This document shows positions 41,479-54,600 of a stretch of 64,000 bases of DNA, one piece after another; the first letter of the stretch is position 1; the number at the start of each line of letters is the position of its first letter. The position numbers and the translations under genes were made by a program. The notes beneath the pieces were generated by a model. The model did not search any database and had not been told where the DNA came from. It saw only the letters and a program-made list of their open reading frames with translations. The stretch comes from the human T2T-CHM13v2.0 reference genome, Homo sapiens. Location of the stretch: the NCBI RefSeq assembly GCF_009914755.1, contig NC_060939.1, one strand, 5' to 3'.

Positions 41479-44400
41479 TTGAGTCCATTCAATTCCATTC
41501 CTTTCGTTTCCATTCCATTTGATGCCATTCCATTCAATTCTGTTCTACTCGACTCCAATACATTCAATTCCATTCCATCCGATTCCATTACATTCTTTTC
41601 ATTTCTTATCCATTTCAAGCCATTCCACTCCATTCCATTCCACTCGTTTCCTTTCCATTCGAGTCCATTCCTCTCCAGTCCATTCCGTTCAATCCATTCC
41701 ATTCCAGTCCATTCCATTCGAGTCCGTTCCATTCCAGTCCATTCCATTCGAGTCAATTCCATCCCATTCGATGTCTTTCCTTAACGATCCATTCCATTCT
41801 ATTCCTTTCGATTCCATTCCATTCTATTTCATTCCATTCGATTCCCTTCCATTGGACTCCTTTCCATTCGAGTGCATTCCATTCCGTTCCATTTCTTTCC
41901 GTTCTGTACGATTCCTACCGTTCGATTTCATTTTGTTCCAGTCCATTCTTTCGCGTCCATTCCATTCCATTTCACTCCATTCGATTCCATTCCACTCGAT
42001 TCCACTTCGTTCCATTTCATTGCATTCCATTCTATTCAACTCTATTGCCTTCCATTCCATTCCATTCGATTACATTCCATGCGATTCCATTCGAAATCGA
42101 ATCAATTACATTGCAATCCATTACTATTGAGTCCGTTTTATTCCAGTCCACTGCATTCTGGTCCATTCCATTTGATTCCATTCCATTCTATTCCATTCCA
42201 TACAGTTGCATTCCATTGGATTCCATGCTATATCTATAAATTCAATTCGAGACCATTGCTTTTGAGTCCATTCTATATGATTCCATTCCATTCAAGTCCA
42301 TTACATTTGGTTAAATTCCATTCCATTCGGTTCAATTCCATTCCATTCCATTCACTTCCATTCCATTCCAGTTGATATCAATCCATTCGATTCCATTCCC
42401 TTCGAGCACATTCCATTCGAGTCCATTCCATTCGATGCCATTCCATTTGATTCTATTCCATTAGTCTCCATTCAATTCCATTAATCTCCATTCCATTCCA
42501 TTCTACTCCAACTGATTCCATTCCATTCTATTCCTTTCCATTCCATTTCATTCCATTCCATTCCATTCCATTCGTGTCCATTCCACTCCAGTCCATTCCA
42601 TTCGTATCCATTCCATTCCAGTCCATTCCATTTGTGTCCACTGCATTCCATTCCACTCCATTCCATATTATTCCATTACACTCCATTCCATTCTATTACT
42701 TTCATTTCCATTCAATTCCATTCCATTTGATTCCATTCCACTCGGTTTCATTCCATTTGAGTCCACTCCATTCCATTCCATTCCATTCAGTTCCATTCCA
42801 TTCTGTTCCATTCCATTCCGTTCCATTACATTCCATTCCATTCGGTACCATTCCATATTGTTCCATTCGATTCCATTCGAATCCATTCCATTCCAGTCCA
42901 TTCCATTCGATTCCATTCCATTCCTTTCAATTCCATTCCATTCCATTCCATTACATTCCACTTGATTCCTCTCCATTCCCTTCCACTGCATTCCGTTCGA
43001 TTCCATTCCATTGCATTGCATTCCATTCCATTGGATTGCATTCCATTCGATTCCATTCCATTCGAATCAATTACATAGCAATCCATTACATTCGAGTCTA
43101 TTCTCTTCCGTTCCATTCGATTTCGTTCCAATCCATTCGATTCCATTCCATTCGATTCCATTCCATACTATTGCATTCCATTCGATTACATTATATTCGA
43201 ATAAGTTCCATTCAAGACCATTTCTTTTGAGTCCATTCTATTTGAGTCCATTCCCTTTGATTCCATAACATTTGAGTCCATTCAATTCCATTCCTTTCGT
43301 TTCCATTCCATTTGATGCCATTCCATTCAATTCTGTTCTACTCGACTCCAATACATTCAATTCCATTCCTTCCGATTCCATTACATTCTTTTCATTTCTT
43401 ATCCATTTCAAGCCATTCCACTCCATTCCATTCCACTCGTTTCCTTTCCATTCGAGTCCATTCCTCTCCAGTCCATTCCGTTCAATCCATTCCATTCCAG
43501 TCCATTCCATTCGAGTCCGTTCCATTCCAGTCCATTCCATTCGAGTCAATTCCATCCCATTCGATGTCTTTCCATAACGATCCATTCCATTCTATTCCTT
43601 TCGATTCCATTCCATTCTATTTCATTCCATTCGATTCCCTTCCATTGGACTCCTTTCCATTGGAGTGCATTCCATTCCGTTCCATTTCTTTCCGTTCTGT
43701 ACGATTCCTACCGTTCGATTTCATTTTGTTCCAGTCCATTCTTTCGCGTCCATTCCATTCCATTTCACTCCATTCGATTCCATTCCACTCGATTCCACTT
43801 CGTTCCATTTCATTGCATTCCATTCTATTCAACTCTATTGCCTTCCATTCCATTCCATTCGATTACATTCCATGCGATTCCATTCGAAATCGAATCAATT
43901 ACATTGCAATCCATTACTATTGAGTCCGTTTTATTCCAGTCCACTGCATTCTGGTCCATTCCATTTGATTCCATTCCATTCTATTCCATTCCATACAGTT
44001 GCATTCCATTGGATTCCATGCTATATCTATAAATTCAATTCGAGACCATTGCTTTTGAGTCCATTCTATATGATTCCATTCCATTCAAGTCCATTACATT
44101 TGGTTAAATTCCATTCCATTCGGTTCAATTCCATTCCATTCCATTCCCTTCCATTCCATTCCAGTTGATATCAATCCATTCGATTCCATTCCATTCGAGC
44201 ACATTCCATTCGAGTCCATTCCATTCGATGCCATTCCATTTGATTCTATTCCATTAGTCTCCATTCAATTCCATTAATCTCCATTCCATTCCATTCTACT
44301 CCAACTGATTCCATTCCATTCTATTCCTTTCCATTCCATTTCATTCCATTCCATTCCATTCCATTCGTGTCCATTCCACTCCAGTCCATTCCATTCGTAT

Positions 44401-47400
44401 CCATTCCATTCCAGTCCATTCCATTTGTGTCCACTGCATTCCATTCCACTCCATTCCATATTATTCCATTACACTCCATTCCATTCTATTACTTTCATTT
44501 CCATTCAATTCCATTCCATTTGATTCCATTCCACTCGGTTTCATTCCATTTGAGTCCACTCCATTCCATTCCATTCCATTCAGTTCCATTCCATTCTGTT
44601 CCATTCCATTCCGTTCCATTACATTCCATTCCATTCGGTACCATTCCATATTGTTCCATTCGATTCCATTCGAATCCATTCCATTCCAGTCCATTCCATT
44701 CGATTCCATTCCATTCCTTTCAATTCCATTCCATTCCATTCCATTACATTCCACTTGATTCCTCTCCATTCCCTTCCACTGCATTCCGTTCGATTCCATT
44801 CCATTGCATTGCATTCCATTCCATTGGATTGCATTCCATTCGATTCCATTCCATTCGAATCAATTACATAGCAATCCATTACATTCGAGTCTATTCTCTT
44901 CCGTTCCATTCGATTTCGTTCCAATCCATTCGATTCCATTCCATTCGATTCCATTCCATACTATTGCATTCCATTCGATTACATTATATTCGAATAAGTT
45001 CCATTCAAGACCATTTCTTTTGAGTCCATTCTATTTGAGTCCATTCCCTTTGATTCCATAACATTTGAGTCCATTCAATTCCATTCCTTTCGTTTCCATT
45101 CCATTTGATGCCATTCCATTCAATTCTGTTCTACTCGACTCCAATACATTCAATTCCATTCCATCCGATTCCATTACATTCTTTTCATTTCTTATCCATT
45201 TCAAGCCATTCCACTCCATTCCATTCCACTCGTTTCCTTTCCATTCGAGTCCATTCCTCTCCAGTCCATTCCGTTCAATCCATTCCATTCCAGTCCATTC
45301 CATTCGAGTCCGTTCCATTCCAGTCCATTCCATTCGAGTCAATTCCATCCCATTCGATGTCTTTCCATAACGATCCATTCCATTCTATTCCTTTCGATTC
45401 CATTCCATTCTATTTCATTCCATTCGATTCCCTTCCATTGGACTCCTTTCCATTGGAGTGCATTCCATTCCGTTCCATTTCTTTCCGTTCTGTACGATTC
45501 CTACCGTTCGATTTCATTTTGTTCCAGTCCATTCTTTCGCGTCCATTCCATTCCATTTCACTCCATTCGATTCCATTCCACTCGATTCCACTTCGTTCCA
45601 TTTCATTGCATTCCATTCTATTCAACTCTATTGCCTTCCATTCCATTCCATTCGATTACATTCCATGCGATTCCATTCGAAATCGAATCAATTACATTGC
45701 AATCCATTACTATTGAGTCCGTTTTATTCCAGTCCACTGCATTCTGGTCCATTCCATTTGATTCCATTCCATTCTATTCCATTCCATACAGTTGCATTCC
45801 ATTGGATTCCATGCTATATCTATAAATTCAATTCGAGACCATTGCTTTTGAGTCCATTCTATATGATTCCATTCCATTCAAGTCCATTACATTTGGTTAA
45901 ATTCCATTCCATTCGGTTCAATTCCATTCCATTCCATTCCCTTCCATTCCATTCCAGTTGATATCAATCCATTCGATTCCATTCCATTCGAGCACATTCC
46001 ATTCGAGTCCATTCCATTCGATGCCATTCCATTTGATTCTATTCCATTAGTCTCCATTCAATTCCATTAATCTCCATTCCATTCCATTCTACTCCAACTG
46101 ATTCCATTCCATTCTATTCCTTTCCATTCCATTTCATTCCATTCCATTCCATTCCATTCGTGTCCATTCCACTCCAGTCCATTCCATTCGTATCCATTCC
46201 ATTCCAGTCCATTCCATTTGTGTCCACTGCATTCCATTCCACTCCATTCCATATTATTCCATTACACTCCATTCCATTCTATTACTTTCATTTCCATTCA
46301 ATTCCATTCCATTTGATTCCATTCCACTCGGTTTCATTCCATTTGAGTCCACTCCATTCCATTCCATTCCATTCAGTTCCATTCCATTCTGTTCCATTCC
46401 ATTCCGTTCCATTACATTCCATTCCATTCGGTACCATTCCATATTGTTCCATTCGATTCCATTCGAATCCATTCCATTCCAGTCCATTCCATTCGATTCC
46501 ATTCCATTCCTTTCAATTCCATTCCATTCCATTCCATTACATTCCACTTGATTCCTCTCCATTCCCTTCCACTGCATTCCGTTCGATTCCATTCCATTGC
46601 ATTGCATTCCATTCCATTGGATTGCATTCCATTCGATTCCATTCCATTCGAATCAATTACATAGCAATCCATTACATTCGAGTCTATTCTCTTCCGTTCC
46701 ATTCGATTTCGTTCCAATCCATTCGATTCCATTCCATTCGATTCCATTCCATACTATTGCATTCCATTCGATTACATTATATTCGAATAAGTTCCATTCA
46801 AGACCATTTCTTTTGAGTCCATTCTATTTGAGTCCATTCCCTTTGATTCCATAACATTTGAGTCCATTCAATTCCATTCCTTTCGTTTCCATTCCATTTG
46901 ATGCCATTCCATTCAATTCTGTTCTACTCGACTCCAATACATTCAATTCCATTCCATCCGATTCCATTACATTCTTTTCATTTCTTATCCATTTCAAGCC
47001 ATTCCACTCCATTCCATTCCACTCGTTTCCTTTCCATTCGAGTCCATTCCTCTCCAGTCCATTCCGTTCAATCCATTCCATTCCAGTCCATTCCATTCGA
47101 GTCCGTTCCATTCCAGTCCATTCCATTCGAGTCAATTCCATCCCATTCGATGTCTTTCCATAACGATCCATTCCATTCTATTCCTTTCGATTCCATTCCA
47201 TTCTATTTCATTCCATTCGATTCCCTTCCATTGGACTCCTTTCCATTGGAGTGCATTCCATTCCGTTCCATTTCTTTCCGTTCTGTACGATTCCTACCGT
47301 TCGATTTCATTTTGTTCCAGTCCATTCTTTCGCGTCCATTCCATTCCATTTCACTCCATTCGATTCCATTCCACTCGATTCCACTTCGTTCCATTTCATT

Positions 47401-48650
47401 GCATTCCATTCTATTCAACTCTATTGCCTTCCATTCCATTCCATTCGATTACATTCCATGCGATTCCATTCGAAATCGAATCAATTACATTGCAATCCAT
47501 TACTATTGAGTCCGTTTTATTCCAGTCCACTGCATTCTGGTCCATTCCATTTGATTCCATTCCATTCTATTCCATTCCATACAGTTGCATTCCATTGGAT
47601 TCCATGCTATATCTATAAATTCAATTCGAGACCATTGCTTTTGAGTCCATTCTATATGATTCCATTCCATTCAAGTCCATTACATTTGGTTAAATTCCAT
47701 TCCATTCGGTTCAATTCCATTCCATTCCATTCCCTTCCATTCCATTCCAGTTGATATCAATCCATTCGATTCCATTCCATTCGAGCACATTCCATTCGAG
47801 TCCATTCCATTCGATGCCATTCCATTTGATTCTATTCCATTAGTCTCCATTCAATTCCATTAATCTCCATTCCATTCCATTCTACTCCAACTGATTCCAT
47901 TCCATTCTATTCCTTTCCATTCCATTTCATTCCATTCCATTCCATTCCATTCGTGTCCATTCCACTCCAGTCCATTCCATTCGTATCCATTCCATTCCAG
48001 TCCATTCCATTTGTGTCCACTGCATTCCATTCCACTCCATTCCATATTATTCCATTACACTCCATTCCATTCTATTACTTTCATTTCCATTCAATTCCAT
48101 TCCATTTGATTCCATTCCACTCGGTTTCATTCCATTTGAGTCCACTCCATTCCATTCCATTCCATTCAGTTCCATTCCATTCTGTTCCATTCCATTCCGT
48201 TCCATTACATTCCATTCCATTCGGTACCATTCCATATTGTTCCATTCGATTCCATTCGAATCCATTCCATTCCAGTCCATTCCATTCGATTCCATTCCAT
48301 TCCTTTCAATTCCATTCCATTCCATTCCATTACATTCCACTTGATTCCTCTCCATTCCCTTCCACTGCATTCCGTTCGATTCCATTCCATTGCATTGCAT
48401 TCCATTCCATTGGATTGCATTCCATTCGATTCCATTCCATTCGAATCAATTACATAGCAATCCATTACATTCGAGTCTATTCTCTTCCGTTCCATTCGAT
48501 TTCGTTCCAATCCATTCGATTCCATTCCATTCGATTCCATTCCATACTATTGCATTCCATTCGATTACATTATATTCGAATAAGTTCCATTCAAGACCAT
48601 TTCTTTTGAGTCCATTCTATTTGAGTCCATTCCCTTTGATTCCATAACAT
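41479..48650 (+). repeat. Run of four 1793-bp subtype A units (U24-U27)
   Basis: Four consecutive spacings of 1793, each with a (CATTC)5 tract and CATCCC. U25-U27 share TTGGAGTGC. Confidence 0.9.
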
Positions 48651-51600
48651 TTGAGTCCATTCAATTCCATTCCTTTCGTTTCCATTCCATTTGATGCCAT
48701 TCCATTCAATTCTGTTCTACTCGACTCCAATACATTCAATTCCATTCCATCCGATTCCATTACATTCTTTTCATTTCTTATCCATTTCAAGCCATTCCAC
48801 TCCATTCCATTCCACTCGTTTCCTTTCCATTCGAGTCCATTCCTCTCCAGTCCATTCCGTTCAATCCATTCCATTCCAGTCCATTCCATTCGAGTCCGTT
48901 CCATTCCAGTCCATTCCATTCGAGTCAATTCCATTCCATTCGATGTCTTTCCATAACGATCCATTCCATTCTATTCCTTTCGATTCCATTCCATTCTATT
49001 TCATTCCATTCGATTCCCTTCCATTGGACTCCTTTCCATTCGAGTGCATTCCATTCCGTTCCATTTCTTTCCGTTCTGTACGATTCCTACCGTTCGATTT
49101 CATTTTGTTCCAGTCCATTCCTTTCGCGTCCATTCCATTCCATTTCACTCCATTCGATTCCATTCCACTCGATTCCACTTCGTTCCATTTCATTGCATTC
49201 CATTCTATTCAACTCTATTGCCTTCCATTCCATTCCATTCGATTACATTCCATGCGATTCCATTTGAAATCGAATCAATTACATTGCAAACCATTACTAT
49301 TGAGTCCGTTTTATTCCAGTCCACTGCATTCTTGTCCATTCCATTTGATTCCATTCCATTCTATTCCATTCCATACAGTTGCATTCCATTGGATTCCATG
49401 CTATATCTATAAATTCAATTCGAGACCATTGCTTTTGAGTCCATTCTATATGATTCCATTCCATTCAAGTCCATTACATTTGGTTCAATTCCATTCCATT
49501 CCATTCCCTTTCATTCCATTCCATTTGATATCAATCCATTCGATTCCATTCCATTCGAGCACATTCCATTCGAGTCCATTCCATTCGATGCCATTCCATT
49601 TGATTCTATTCCATTAGTCTCCATTCAATTCCATTAATCTCCATTCCATTCCATTCTACTCCAACTGATTCCATTCCATTCTATTCCTTTCCATTCCATT
49701 TCATTCCATTCCATTCCATTTCATTCCGTTCCATTCCACTCGTGTCCATTCCACTCCAGTCCATTCCATTCGTGTCCATTCCATTCCAGTCCATTCCATT
49801 TGTGTCCACTGCATTCCATTCCACTCCATTCCATATTATTCCATTACACTCCATTCCATTCTATTACTTTCATTTCCATTCAATTCCATTCCATTTGATT
49901 CCATTCCACTCGGTTTCATTCCATTTGAGTCCACTCCATTCCATTCCATTCCATTCCATTCAGTTCCATTCCATTCCGTTCCATTACATTCCATTCCATT
50001 CGGTACCATTCCATATTGTTCCATTCGATTCCATTCGAATCCATTCCATTCCAGTCCATTCCATTCGATTCCATTCCATTCATTTCAATTCCATTCCATT
50101 CCATTCCATTCCATTCCACTTGATTCCTCTCCATTCCCTTCCACTGCATTCCGTTCGATTCCATTCCATTGCATTGCATTCCATTCCTTTGGATTGCATT
50201 CCATTCGATTCCATTCCATTCGAATCAATTACATAGCAATCCATTACATTCGAGTCTATTCTATTCCGTTCCATTCGATTTCGTTCCAATCCATTCGATT
50301 CCATTCCATTCGATTCCATTCCATACTATTGCATTCCATTCGATTACATTATATTCGAATAAGTTCCATTCAAGACCATTTCTTTTGAGTCCATTCTATT
50401 TGAGTCCATTCCCTTTGATTCCATAACATTTGAGTCCATTCAATTCCATTCCTTTCGTTTCCATTGCATTTGATGCCATTCCATTCAATTCTGTTCTACT
50501 CGACTCCAATACATTCAATTCCATTCCATCCGATTCCATTACATTCTTTTCATTTCTTATCCATTTCAAGCCATTCCACTCCATTCCATTCCACTCGTTT
50601 CCTTTCCATTCGAGTCCATTCCTCTCCAGTCCATTCCGTTCAATCCATTCCATTCCAGTCCATTCCATTCGAGTCCGTTCCATTCCAGTCCATTCCATTC
50701 GAGTCAATTCCATCCCATTCGATGTCTTTCCATAACGATCTATTCCATTCTATTCCTTTCGATTCCATTCCATTCTATTTCATTCCATTCGATTCCCTTC
50801 CATTGGACTCCTTTCCATTCGAGTGCATTCCATTCCGTTCCATTTCTTTCCGTTCTGTACGATTCCTACCGTTCGATTTCATTTTGTTCCAGTCCATTCC
50901 TTTCGCGTCCATTCCATTCCATTTCACTCCATTCGATTCCATTCCACTCGATTCCACTTCGTTCCATTTCATTGCATTCCATTCTATTCAACTCTATTGC
51001 CTTCCATTCCATTCCATTCGATTACATTCCATGCGATTCCATTCAAAATCGAATCAATTACATTGCAATCCATTACTATTGAGTCCATTTTATTCCAGTC
51101 CACTGCATTCTGGTCCATTCCATTTGATTCCATTCCATTCTATTCCATTCCATACAGTTGCATTCCATTGAACTCCATTGTATATCTATAAATTCAATTC
51201 GAGACCATTGCTTTTGAGTCCATTCTATATGATTCCATTCCATTCAAGTCCATTACATTTGGTTCAATTCCATTCCATTCCATTCCCTTCCATTCCATTC
51301 CAGTTGATATCAATCCATTCGATTCCATTCCATTCGAGCACATTCCATTCGAGTCCATTCCATTCGATGCCATTCCATTTGATTCTATTCCATTAGTCTC
51401 CATTCAATTCCATTAATCTCCATTCCATTCCATTCTACTCCAACTGATTCCATTCCATTCTATTCCTTTCCATTCCATTTCATTCCATTCCATTCCATTT
51501 CATTCCATTCCATTCCATTCCATTCCATTCGCTTCCATTCCATTCGTGTCCATTGCATTCCAGTCCATTCCGTTTGTGTCCACTGCATTCCATTCCACTC

Positions 51601-54600
51601 CATTCCATATTATTCCATTACACTCCATTCCATTCTATTACTTTCATTTCCATTGAATTCCATTCCATTTGATTCCATTCCACTCGGTTTCATTCCATTT
51701 GAGTCCACTCCACTCCATTCCATTCCATTCCATTCCATTCAGTTCCATTCCATTCTGTTCCATTCCATTCCGTTCCATTGCATTCCATTCCATTCGGTAC
51801 CATTCCATATTGTTCCATTCGATTCCATTCGAATCCATTCCATTCCAGTCCATTCCATTCGATTCCATTCCATTCCTTTCAATTCCATTCCATTCCATTC
51901 CATTCCACTTGATTCCACTCCATTCCCTTCCACTGCATTCCATTGCATTGCATTCCATTCCATTGGACTGCATTCCATTCGATTCCATTCCATTCGAATC
52001 AATTACATAGCAATCCATTACATTCGAGTCTATTCTATTGCGTTCCATTCGATTTCGTTCCAATCCATTCGATTCCATTCCATTCGATTCCATTCCATAC
52101 TATTGCATTCCATTCTATTACATTATATTCGAAAAAGTTCCATTCAAGACCATTTCTTTTGAGTCCATTCTATTTGAGTCCATTCCCTTTGATTCCATAA
52201 CATTTGAGTCCATTCAATTCCATTCCTTTCGTTTCCATTCCATTTGATGCCATTCCATTCAATTCTGTTCTACTCGACTCCAATACATTCAATTCCATTC
52301 CATCCGATTCCATTACATTCTTTTCATTTCTTATCCATTTCAAGCCATTCCACTCCATTCCATTCCACTCGTTTCCTTTCCATTCGAGTCCATTCCTCTC
52401 CAGTCCATTCCGTTCAATCCATTCCATTCCAGTCCATTCCATTCGAGTCCGTTCCATTCCAGTCCATTCCATTCGAGTCAATTCCATCCCATTCGATGTC
52501 TTTCCATAACGATCCATTCCATTCTATTCCTTTCGATTCCATTCCATTCTATTTCATTCCATTCGATTCCCTTCCATTGGACTCCTTTCCATTGGAGTGC
52601 ATTCCATTCCGTTCCATTTCTTTCCGTTCTGTACGATTCCTACCGTTCGATTTCATTTTGTTCCAGTCCATTCTTTCGCGTCCATTCCATTCCATTTCAC
52701 TCCATTCGATTCCATTCCACTCGATTCCACTTCGTTCCATTTCATTGCATTCCATTCTATTCAACTCTATTGCCTTCCATTCCATTCCATTCGATTACAT
52801 TCCATGCGATTCCATTCGAAATCGAATCAATTACATTGCAATCCATTACTATTGAGTCCGTTTTATTCCAGTCCACTGCATTCTGGTCCATTCCATTTGA
52901 TTCCATTCCATTCTATTCCATTCCATACAGTTGCATTCCATTGGATTCCATGCTATATCTATAAATTCAATTCGAGACCATTGCTTTTGAGTCCATTCTA
53001 TATGATTCCATTCCATTCAAGTCCATTACATTTGGTTAAATTCCATTCCATTCGGTTCAATTCCATTCCATTCCATTCCCTTCCATTCCATTCCAGTTGA
53101 TATCAATCCATTCGATTCCATTCCATTCGAGCACATTCCATTCGAGTCCATTCAATTCGATGCCATTCCATTTGATTCTATTCCATTAGTCTCCATTCAA
53201 TTCCATTAATCTCCATTCCATTCCATTCTACTCCAACTGATTCCATTCCATTCTATTCCTTTCCATTCCATTTCATTCCATTCCATTCCATTCCATTCGT
53301 GTCCATTCCACTCCAGTCCATTCCATTCGTATCCATTCCATTCCAGTCCATTCCATTTGTGTCCACTGCATTCCATTCCACTCCATTCCATATTATTCCA
53401 TTACACTCCATTCCATTCTATTACTTTCATTTCCATTCAATTCCATTCCATTTGATTCCATTCCACTCGGTTTCATTCCATTTGAGTCCACTCCATTCCA
53501 TTCCATTCCATTCAGTTCCATTCCATTCTGTTCCATTCCATTCCGTTCCATTACATTCCATTCCATTCGGTACCATTCCATATTGTTCCATTCGATTCCA
53601 TTCGAATCCATTCCATTCCAGTCCATTCCATTCGATTCCATTCCATTCCTTTCAATTCCATTCCATTCCATTCCATTACATTCCACTTGATTCCTCTCCA
53701 TTCCCTTCCACTGCATTCCGTTCGATTCCATTCCATTGCATTGCATTCCATTCCATTGGATTGCATTCCATTCGATTCCATTCCATTCGAATCAATTACA
53801 TAGCAATCCATTACATTCGAGTCTATTCTCTTCCGTTCCATTCGATTTCGTTCCAATCCATTCGATTCCATTCCATTCGATTCCATTCCATACTATTGCA
53901 TTCCATTCTATTACATTATATTCGAATAAGTTCCATTCAAGACCATTTCTTTTGAGTCCATTCTATTTGAGTCCATTCCCTTTGATTCCATAACATTTGA
54001 GTCCATTCAATTCCATTCCTTTCGTTTCCATTCCATTTGATGCCATTCCATTCAATTCTGTTCTACTCGACTCCAATACATTCAATTCCATTCCATCCGA
54101 TTCCATTACATTCTTTTCATTTCTTATCCATTTCAAGCAATTCCACTCCATTCCATTCCACTCGTTTCCTTTCCATTCGAGTCCATTCCTCTCCAGTCCA
54201 TTCCGTTCAATCCATTCCATTCCAGTCCATTCCATTCGAGTCCGTTCCATTCCAGTCCATTCCATTCGAGTCAATTCCATTCCATTCGATGTCTTTCCAT
54301 AACGATCCATTCCATTCTATTCCTTTCGATTCCATTCCATTCTATTTCATTCCATTCGATTCCCTTCCATTGGACTCCTTTCCATTCGAGTGCATTCCAT
54401 TCCGTTCCATTTCTTTCCGTTCTGTACGATTCCTACCGTTCGATTTCATTTTGTTCCAGTCCATTCTTTCGCGTCCATTCCATTCCATTTCACTCCATTC
54501 GATTCCATTCCACTCGATTCCACTTCGTTCCATTTCATTGCATTCCATTCTATTCAACTCTATTGCCTTCCATTCCATTCCATTCGATTACATTCCATGC

